Shown: positions 57,433 through 64,000 of the stretch, piece after piece
Layout: each line of letters starts with the position of its first letter
Position numbering within the stretch: position 1 is the first letter of the stretch
Assembly: GCA_034429475.1 (NCBI GenBank)
Contig: DAOUGD010000250.1
Coordinates: forward strand, 21,527-85,526
Reading direction: 5' to 3'
From: Anaerolineae bacterium
GTDB taxonomy: Bacteria; Chloroflexota; Anaerolineae; B4-G1; SLSP01
DNA length: 64,000 bases
Program-made: the position numbers and the translations under genes
The notes under the pieces: model-generated
The model's database searches: none
What the model saw: the letters and a program-made list of their open reading frames with translations, nothing else
What the model was told of the DNA's origin: nothing

Positions 57433-58728
57433 ATGAAAACAATCCAGCACATTCAACGGGTTTACTATCTGATTTTGTCCCTGTTTTGGTTTGCCGTGGG
57501 ACTACCGATGTCCCTCTCCGTGTTGCTGGCGCAGGCCCGCGGGCTGAGCCTGTTTGAAATCAGCCTGCTGATGGGCGTCTATTCCCTCACCATTGTGCTG
57601 CTGGAAGTGCCGACCGGCGGATTGGCCGACGCCATCGGGCGCAAAAAAGTCACGGTGATGGCCTACATCTGCACGCTGCTAGGCTCGGTCGTCTTTCTGC
57701 ACACCTTCTCTTTCCCCGTCGCGCTGGTCGCATTTATCCTCAACGGCATAGCGCGCGCACTCACGTCCGGGGCATTGGATGCGTGGTTCGTGGACAGCCT
57801 ACACGCCGCCGACCCCCAAGTAGACTTGCAGGCCGCGTTGGCGAAAGCGGGCACATTGACACTGGCTGCGCTTGGAACCGGCGTTCTCCTGGGCAGCGCT
57901 CTGCCGCGTCTTTTCGCAACGTTGCCGCCGGATGGGACGGCCGTACTCACGCCACTATCCATTCCACTGGCGTTGGCGGTCGGTGTCCAGGCCATGCTGC
58001 TGCTACTGACCCTCTTGCTGATCAAGGAAAAACGTCCCACCGGCGCCGCTGCCGGTTGGAAAGAGGGATTCCGCCAGGTGCCGGGCATCATCCGCACCGG
58101 TGTGACCTTGACCCGCCGCAATCCCATCCTGTTGCGCTTGTTGGGGGTCTCCTTCGTCAGCGGCCTCGTCCTCATCAGTTTGGAAGCGCTCTGGCAGCCG
58201 CATTTTGCCGGGCTGTTGGACGGCGCGCAAAACAGCCTGCTCCTAGGACTGGTGATGGGTGGGAACTTTATCGCCGGGATGGTGGGAAACCAACTCGCCA
58301 CACCGTTGAGTCGTTGGCTGCGCGAACGCTATGGGTTGGTCTGCGCTATCTTTCAGGGCTTACGCGGCGTGTTACTCATCGCGCTGGCCTCTCAGACGCA
58401 CGCGCTACCCGCCACCGTGTTCTTCTGGCTGGTCTACCTGAATATGGCCGTAGTCAACTCTCCGCACGCGACGCTGCTCAACCGTGAAATCCCGGCGCAG
58501 CAACGCTCGGCCATGCTCTCCATCGAATCATTGGTCGCCTACCTGGGTAGCATCATCGGCAGCACCGCCCTCGGCTACGTTGCCGAGCGAGTCTCCATCT
58601 CGGCGGCCTGGAGTATCGGCGGGGCCATTTTGGTGGTATCATTGGGGTTGTACGCGCAGATTGATGCAAAACAACCGCATCCTCTCGGCAAGCAGATTCA
58701 GGATGGGGCTTTGAACGTAGACCTGTGA
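57433..58728 (+). CDS. MFS transporter
   Basis: About 12 TM helices. MFS motif GGLADAIGRKK in loop 2-3. Confidence 0.8.
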   Translation: MKTIQHIQRVYYLILSLFWFAVGLPMSLSVLLAQARGLSLFEISLLMGVYSLTIVLLEVPTGGLADAIGRKKVTVMAYICTLLGSVVFLHTFSFPVALVAFILNGIARALTSGALDAWFVDSLHAADPQVDLQAALAKAGTLTLAALGTGVLLGSALPRLFATLPPDGTAVLTPLSIPLALAVGVQAMLLLLTLLLIKEKRPTGAAAGWKEGFRQVPGIIRTGVTLTRRNPILLRLLGVSFVSGLVLISLEALWQPHFAGLLDGAQNSLLLGLVMGGNFIAGMVGNQLATPLSRWLRERYGLVCAIFQGLRGVLLIALASQTHALPATVFFWLVYLNMAVVNSPHATLLNREIPAQQRSAMLSIESLVAYLGSIIGSTALGYVAERVSISAAWSIGGAILVVSLGLYAQIDAKQPHPLGKQIQDGALNVDL

Positions 58729-58743
58729 CCGCTCTGTCAATGT

Positions 58744-58804
58744 CTCAACGGATTGAACGGATTGAACGGAAAAATGTCCGTTAAATTCCGTTGAATCCGT
58801 TGAG
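58744..58804. repeat. family-A hairpin repeat element
   Basis: tctcaacggattgaacggattgaacgg aaaaatgt ccgttaaattccgttgaatccgttgag. Confidence 0.85.
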
Positions 58805-58866
58805 AAAAACAATCTTCTTCATTGTTGGGGTTGTGCCCCCGGTTCGGTAACACGCTGAGGAATTCT

Positions 58867-59667
58867 ATGACTAATCCGGTGACATTTTCGCGGCCCGTGA
58901 AAAAACAAACCCTGGCCGAACAGATGGCGGAGACCATCCGCGAGGCGATTCTATCCGGCGAGCTGGCGGCAGGCGCGGAGTTGCCCACCGAGCCGCAGCT
59001 CTGCGAGCAGTTCGGCGTCAGCCGCACGGTGGTGCGCGACGCCACCCGCATCTTGATGGCGCAGGGCCTGGTCAGCGTGGAACATGGGCGCGGTATGACC
59101 GTGACGCAATCGCAGACCGAGGCATTTGGCGACGCACTGTTGATGGCGCTGCGCCGGGCAGGGGCGACCGTCTGGGATGTGGAGCAGTTCGAGCAGTTGC
59201 TCTTCCCGGAGGTCGTTGCGCTGGCAGCGACCGCAGCCACGGATGCCGAAATCGCCGAGGTGCGCGCGCTGACCGAAGCGTATCTGGCGCTCTTCAGCGC
59301 GCAGCAGACGCAAGAACCGTCAGCCGTCGCGCAAGAGGCGTTGCGCCAAGTCTCCCAACGGCCCCTCCGGGCGATCTTTGACGCCACCCACAACCGGGTG
59401 CTGCAACAACTGGCGTCCCCATTGCTGCATCTGCGCAACCTCCGGCACTGGGAGGACACTGCGCATACCGGCGACGTCATCGCGCTAGAAAGTGGGTATA
59501 TGCACGCTCTGGTAGAGGCGTTGGAGAGCCGCGACGCCGACGCCGCCCGCCGCGCCGTCGCGCGCTTGATGCAGCTGCCAGAGTATGCCATCGCCGCCAT
59601 GCGCGCCACCCCGGTCGGCGAGATTCCCCTCATCTCTGAACCAATGCCCGCCCAAGCAACATCATAA
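58867..59667 (+). CDS. GntR-family transcriptional regulator (FadR/FCD-type C-terminal domain)
   Basis: wHTH ELPTEPQLCEQFGVSRTVVRDATRIL with an all-helical C-terminal domain. Confidence 0.85.
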   Translation: MTNPVTFSRPVKKQTLAEQMAETIREAILSGELAAGAELPTEPQLCEQFGVSRTVVRDATRILMAQGLVSVEHGRGMTVTQSQTEAFGDALLMALRRAGATVWDVEQFEQLLFPEVVALAATAATDAEIAEVRALTEAYLALFSAQQTQEPSAVAQEALRQVSQRPLRAIFDATHNRVLQQLASPLLHLRNLRHWEDTAHTGDVIALESGYMHALVEALESRDADAARRAVARLMQLPEYAIAAMRATPVGEIPLISEPMPAQATS

Positions 59668-59679
59668 AAAACACAAAGC

Positions 59680-59715
59680 CGGGTTTCTCACATAGAAACC
59701 CGGTTTTTGTTGTTG
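59680..59715. terminator. bidirectional terminator between convergent genes
   Basis: aaagccgggtttct cacataga aacccggttttt. Confidence 0.7.
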
Positions 59716-59730
59716 CTATCAGGGTCACTG

Positions 59731-60321
59731 TCAATCTACTTCGATGTACAGCCGTCCCATCTGCCGCCACTGGCGCAGAAACGACGCCTCATCCTGCCAG
59801 GATAGGCCGTTCTGCTGCCAGTTTTTGGGCGGATCGGGCAGGTGGACTTGCGCGGGGTCCACAAAGAGCAGCCCCTCCCCCGGCGTGTACCCAAAGACGA
59901 TTTTGAAGTGGCCCCATCCGGCGTAACGCCCTCGCTGCCAGCGCAGCGGCTCGCCGATCAGGACAAGCGTGATCCAGTCGTCCTGCACATTGCGCTGTAG
60001 CCTTTCCAACGTTCCACCCAAGGCCCAGCGCGCCGCGATCCCGTGATCCCGCAAATACTGCACGATACCCCACGGAAACGTTGCCCAGTGTGGGATGCGG
60101 TGCGCCACAAGCTGCGGTCGGGGGCGCGCGCGCAATCTCCAGTGATTCATCTCCTGCGCCACCGTCGCCCCCACAAAGCGCGCTTCATTGAGCCGGGCAT
60201 TGGCGGCCATCGCCAGACACGTCGGCCCGCAATCGTTGGTCTCGCCCTGGTGTTGGTGATAACGATAGACCGGTGTGGTAAGGTGAAACTGCAACGAGGT
60301 CAGATTGGGCACTTCAACCAT
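59731..60321 (-). CDS. stand-alone papain-like cysteine peptidase, C39-like
   Basis: NDCGPTCLAMAA matches the C39 catalytic Cys motif. A downstream GHFKIVFGY candidate His is present. Confidence 0.55.
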   Translation of the reverse strand: MVEVPNLTSLQFHLTTPVYRYHQHQGETNDCGPTCLAMAANARLNEARFVGATVAQEMNHWRLRARPRPQLVAHRIPHWATFPWGIVQYLRDHGIAARWALGGTLERLQRNVQDDWITLVLIGEPLRWQRGRYAGWGHFKIVFGYTPGEGLLFVDPAQVHLPDPPKNWQQNGLSWQDEASFLRQWRQMGRLYIEVD

Positions 60322-60344
60322 AAGAGTTGTTCCGCAATAACGAA

Positions 60345-60416
60345 AGAAAGATTAGGACGCAGATAAACGCCGATGAACGCTGATTAAAAAAGATTATCTG
60401 CGTGAATCCGCGAAAA
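60345..60416. repeat. family-C hairpin repeat element
   Basis: ggacgcagataaacgccgatgaacgctgatt aaaaaag attatctgcgtgaatccgcgaaaatctgcgtcc. Confidence 0.85.
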
Positions 60417-60443
60417 TCTGCGTCCTGATGGCGTTTTCAAAAT

Positions 60444-61187
60444 CTAAAAGCCCTTCTCCCCCACCGACACATGCACACAGCCCCACGGCCCGTAGTCTTC
60501 GCGGGAGACCGTCAGGCCGCGCGTGCGGAGCAGGGGAGCTTCGTCACGGATGTAATCGCCGAACAACTCCCACAGCCACGCCAGAAAGCGCGCCGCCGCG
60601 TTGCCGTCTGGCGGCACGCCCGCATCCACGATGATCACCTTGCCGCCGGGCTTGACGACGCGCACCATCTCATCCAGCGCGGCGTCGGCATCAGGGAACG
60701 CGCTGAAGGCAAACGTGGAAAGCACGGCATCGAAGGTGCCATCCGGCCAGGGGAGCGCGGTCACGTCGCCCACGCGCAGGTCGGAGGTCAGGCTGCGAGC
60801 ATCCAGGCGGGCGCGCGTGAGCTGCACCATGCCCGGCGCGCGATCCAGCCCGGCCATCGTGTAGCGGCCGGCCAACTCCGCGTGCAGCCGCCCGCTGCCA
60901 AAACCGATTTCGAGGAGCCGTGCGCCCTCCGGCGGTAGAGCGCGCATCCCGCGCAGCCGCAGCCGGTGCGTCGTGTTGCCCGTGAACCAGTCCACCGCAT
61001 CGTACAGCGCGGCCAATCGGTCGTATACCACATCCCAGAAATGCCTTTGAAGCGTCTCCCGATCCGTGCGGCGGCGCAGCCAGACGAGGGCAACTAATGC
61101 TCCAACGAGGGCCAGGATTAAAAACCAGATTTGTCCCCGGCCTCTAACTGGCATAGCTGCTAATTTGTTCTTGCGCGTATCGTCCAT
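60444..61187 (-). CDS. class I SAM-dependent methyltransferase (UbiE/COQ5-like) with an N-terminal TM helix
   Basis: Motif I LLEIGFGSG and motif post-I. Confidence 0.75.
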   Translation of the reverse strand: MDDTRKNKLAAMPVRGRGQIWFLILALVGALVALVWLRRRTDRETLQRHFWDVVYDRLAALYDAVDWFTGNTTHRLRLRGMRALPPEGARLLEIGFGSGRLHAELAGRYTMAGLDRAPGMVQLTRARLDARSLTSDLRVGDVTALPWPDGTFDAVLSTFAFSAFPDADAALDEMVRVVKPGGKVIIVDAGVPPDGNAAARFLAWLWELFGDYIRDEAPLLRTRGLTVSREDYGPWGCVHVSVGEKGF

Positions 61188-61203
61188 TATGCTCTGTCTT
61201 AAA

Positions 61204-61488
61204 CTACCGGGTCACACTCTGCAATTCTTCTCGTACAACGCGTCGCAATATCACTTCCAAAGGTTCTTGCTTCCTTTGGATATATTCACGGAGAGCATGA
61301 TTGATAAGGGTTTGGTAGTTGCCGCCGCCCATCGCGTCTACTTCATTACGGAACCAGTCCAGTATGTCTGTGTCTAACCGGATGGTAATGCGCGTTTTGC
61401 CTGCGCCAACCGGCTCAATCGCTCCCCGTTTGCCTTTGCTGAAATCGTATTCAGTCGCCATAATTTTCCTCATAAGCTTTTCGTTCAT
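61204..61488 (-). CDS. brnA: BrnA-family antitoxin (ribbon-helix-helix)
   Basis: DFSKGKRG and the C-terminal RHH. The true start may be an internal Met, which would reduce the overlap with brnT. Confidence 0.65.
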   Translation of the reverse strand: MNEKLMRKIMATEYDFSKGKRGAIEPVGAGKTRITIRLDTDILDWFRNEVDAMGGGNYQTLINHALREYIQRKQEPLEVILRRVVREELQSVTR

Positions 61489-61732
61489 GGGATGTAGCTT
61501 TTCTGGCGCTTATCAAACGAATGACATTGCCGCGCCATGTAAAAACTACCACCAGTATTTGACCTAATCCGTCCATCCCAATGGTGATATACCTGTCTTC
61601 ATTTTCGCTATGGTCAGTATCTTCGATAGTAATCGCTGAGTCATCCTGAAAGACGAGCACGGCATCCGCAAACAGAATTTTATGTTTGCGAAGATTGGCT
61701 TGTGCTTTGTCATAATCCCATTGGTAATCCAT
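61451..61732 (-). CDS. brnT: BrnT-family ribonuclease toxin (DUF497)
   Basis: W-D-x-K-x-x-N-x-x-KH motif (WDYDKAQANLRKH) and RxISARKAT near the C-terminus. Confidence 0.75.
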   Translation of the reverse strand: MDYQWDYDKAQANLRKHKILFADAVLVFQDDSAITIEDTDHSENEDRYITIGMDGLGQILVVVFTWRGNVIRLISARKATSHERKAYEENYGD

Positions 61733-61764
61733 AGCTCATATTATATGCACAAATGTACATAACA

Positions 61765-64000
61765 CTAGCTTAACCCCATCTCCACCGTCGCCGGCTCCAG
61801 CACCTTCTGCAAGAACTGCCCCGTATAGCTCTCCCCCACCAGCGCCACTTTTTCCGGCGGCCCTTCGGCGATGATGTAGCCGCCGGCGTCGCCGCCTTCC
61901 GGCCCCAGGTCGAGCAGCCAGTCGGCGGTCTTGATCACGTCCAGGTTGTGCTCCACCACGATGACGGTGTTGCCGGCGTCGGTCAGGCGGTGCAGCACGT
62001 CCAGCAGCTTTTGGATGTCGGCAAAGTGCAGGCCCGTCGTCGGCTCGTCCAGGATGTAGACGGTGCGCCCGGTGGCGACGCGCCCCAATTCCTTCGCCAG
62101 CTTGACGCGCTGCGCCTCCCCGCCGGAAAGCGTCGTCGCGCTCTGCCCCAACTTGATGTAATCCAGCCCCACGTCGTGCAATGTTTGCAATTGCCGGGAG
62201 AGGACCGGGTGCGCCGCGAAGAAACCCAGCGCTTCCTGCACGTCCATATCCAGCACCTCGGCGATGTTCTTGCCCTTGTAGCGGATTTGCAGCGTCTCGC
62301 GATTGAAGCGCGTGCCCTTGCACTCCTTGCACGTCACCCACACATCTGCCAGGAAGTGCATCTCGATGCGCCGCTGGCCGTGTCCCTTGCACGCCTCGCA
62401 GCGCCCACCCTTGACGTTGAAGCTGAACCGCCCGGCGCCGTAGCCGCGCATCTTTGCCTCCGGCGTGGACGCGAAGACTTTGCGGATTTCGTCAAAGACG
62501 CCCACGTAGGTTGCCGGGTTCGAGCGCGGCGTGCGCCCGATGGGGTCTTGTGTGATGTCAATGACTTTGTCCAAATGCTCCAGCCCATCCAGCCGGTCGT
62601 AAGGGCCGGGGCGCGTCTCGGCGCGATTGAGGTCGCGCGCCAGCGCCGGGAACAGCGTTTCGGCGACGAGGCTGCTTTTGCCGCTGCCGCTCACGCCGGT
62701 GACGCAGGTGAACACGCCTAGCGGGAAACGCGCGTCCACCTGCTTGAGATTGTGCAGGCGCGCGCCCCGCAGGATGAGGCTGCCGTTCTGCGGCGTCCGC
62801 CGCCCGCCGTTGGGCGACGTGACCGCCAGCTCGCCGCTCAGGTAGCGCCCCGTGAGCGACTCCGGGTTCCCCGCCACCTCTGCCGGTGTGCCGGATGCGA
62901 CAACTTCGCCGCCCAGAACGCCCGCGCCCGGCCCCAGGTCTACGAGCCAGTCGGCGTCGTGCATCGTCTCGGCGTCGTGTTCCACCACGAGCACTGTGTT
63001 GCCCATGTCGCGCAGTTGCAGCAGCGTGTCGAGCAGGGCGCGGTTGTCGCGGGCGTGCAGGCCGATGGACGGCTCGTCCAGGATGTAGAGCACGCCCACC
63101 AGTCCGCACCCGATCTGGCTCGCCAGGCGGATGCGCTGCGATTCGCCGCCGGACAGCGACGGCGCGGGCCGGTCGAGGGTGAGGTAATGTAGGCCCACAT
63201 TGAGCATGAATTGCAAGCGGTCGCGGATTTCCTTGAGGACTTCGCCGCCGATCTGCAACTGCTCCGCGTCAAAGATGCCGTACAGTCCCGTCACCCAGGC
63301 CTGCGCGTCGGAAATGGTCATCTGGCTCACTTCCGTGACCGTCTTGCCGCCGACGGTGACGCCGCGCGCTTCCGGGCGCAGCCGCGCGCCGCCGCACGAC
63401 GGGCAGGGCTGCTCGCTCATAAAGCTGCCGTACCAGCGCTTCGTGTACTCCGAGTGCGTCTGGTGGAACAGGCGTTTGATGTGGTAAACGATGCCTTTCT
63501 CCGTGCGGTTGGTTTCGCCTGACCACGTGCTGTCCTGGTTTTCGGCGTGAAATTCAAAATGGATTTTCTCGCTGCCCGACCCGTAAATGACGACGTTGCG
63601 GAAGGCCTCCGGCAAGTCCTGCCACGGCATTTCCAGGTCAACCCCATAGTGCCGCGCCAACGAATCCAGATGGTGGGTCTGCCACTTGTTCTTCTTTTTG
63701 CGGATGTTGCCATACCAGCGCAGCGCGCCATCTATAATGGATTTTGTCGGGTCGTGGACGATGAGCGCGGGATCCACTTCCAGCTTCGTCCCCAGACCGT
63801 TGCACTCTGGGCACATCCCCACCGGCGAGTTGAAGCTGAACAGCGCGGGCGACAATTCGGGGAAGCTGATGCCGCAGTGGACGCAGGCATGATGTTCGCT
63901 CAGCGTCAGCTCCTCTTTGTCTGCCACGTCAATCACCACGACGCCCTCGCCAGCCTTCAACGCAGTCTCCACTGAATCTATCAGCCGCGTGTGGAAGTCG
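61765..64000 (-). CDS. uvrA: second canonical UvrA (excinuclease ABC subunit A), 5' end beyond the window
   Basis: C-terminal ABC module, zinc fingers and the UvrB-binding/insertion domains are present. The ORF continues past position 64000. Confidence 0.9.
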   Translation of the reverse strand, partial: DFHTRLIDSVETALKAGEGVVVIDVADKEELTLSEHHACVHCGISFPELSPALFSFNSPVGMCPECNGLGTKLEVDPALIVHDPTKSIIDGALRWYGNIRKKKNKWQTHHLDSLARHYGVDLEMPWQDLPEAFRNVVIYGSGSEKIHFEFHAENQDSTWSGETNRTEKGIVYHIKRLFHQTHSEYTKRWYGSFMSEQPCPSCGGARLRPEARGVTVGGKTVTEVSQMTISDAQAWVTGLYGIFDAEQLQIGGEVLKEIRDRLQFMLNVGLHYLTLDRPAPSLSGGESQRIRLASQIGCGLVGVLYILDEPSIGLHARDNRALLDTLLQLRDMGNTVLVVEHDAETMHDADWLVDLGPGAGVLGGEVVASGTPAEVAGNPESLTGRYLSGELAVTSPNGGRRTPQNGSLILRGARLHNLKQVDARFPLGVFTCVTGVSGSGKSSLVAETLFPALARDLNRAETRPGPYDRLDGLEHLDKVIDITQDPIGRTPRSNPATYVGVFDEIRKVFASTPEAKMRGYGAGRFSFNVKGGRCEACKGHGQRRIEMHFLADVWVTCKECKGTRFNRETLQIRYKGKNIAEVLDMDVQEALGFFAAHPVLSRQLQTLHDVGLDYIKLGQSATTLSGGEAQRVKLAKELGRVATGRTVYILDEPTTGLHFADIQKLLDVLHRLTDAGNTVIVVEHNLDVIKTADWLLDLGPEGGDAGGYIIAEGPPEKVALVGESYTGQFLQKVLEPATVEMGLS

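Overview
High-GC (about 62-65% GC) bacterial chromosomal segment; assembly artefacts cannot be excluded. The gene content resembles a filamentous Chloroflexi-type genome (Anaerolineae/Caldilineae-like): RNase Y downstream of recX, many DUF11 'TDTLP' repeat proteins, and GH95/GH51/GH18/GH5 enzymes. This taxonomic placement is an inference from the sequence only.

The first ~13 kb and the stretches 20.5-33.9 kb and 50-64 kb are mostly housekeeping and accessory genes on a compact backbone. Recognisable genes include a HAD hydrolase, PfkB kinase, MBL hydrolase, ahcY, recX, rny, ubiX, an orphan parB, two MFS transporters, two canonical uvrA paralogs, lspA, an ECF-type sigma factor and a GntR regulator. 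Toxin-antitoxin and selfish modules are frequent: two hicB-hicA pairs, a vapBC remnant, brnT-brnA, xisH-xisI and a DUF433 gene coupled to a very AT-rich PD40 propeller gene.

The 14.5-16.5 kb and 34-50 kb regions form a cell-surface locus. It contains a 2060-aa DUF11/PKD giant protein, an FG-GAP propeller-DUF11 protein, a GH5-like hydrolase, a DUF11 protein, a GT-C (GT39-like) glycosyltransferase and a membrane-anchored beta-propeller.

Two features stand out.
- Four otherwise unrelated secreted multidomain proteins end in the same extreme C-terminal tail, [YFI]-x-Y-L-P-L-[VM]-L-R plus 1-5 residues, with no transmembrane helix. This looks like an undescribed C-terminal sorting or processing signal.
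- The window is studded with at least ten families of short tandem-repeat hairpin elements built from 7-10-nt units (unit cores AACGGATT, ACGTRAA, ATCTGCGT, GGGGATT, AATTCG, NNTACGG, GTTNTGG, TGATNAG, ACTCRTT, and the CGCGATTTNNAAATCGCG hairpin). Three copies are embedded in frame inside coding sequences without breaking the ORF: twice in the GH95 gene and once in uvrA. This is reminiscent of Rickettsia palindromic elements.

No rRNA genes, tRNA genes or CRISPR arrays were seen.
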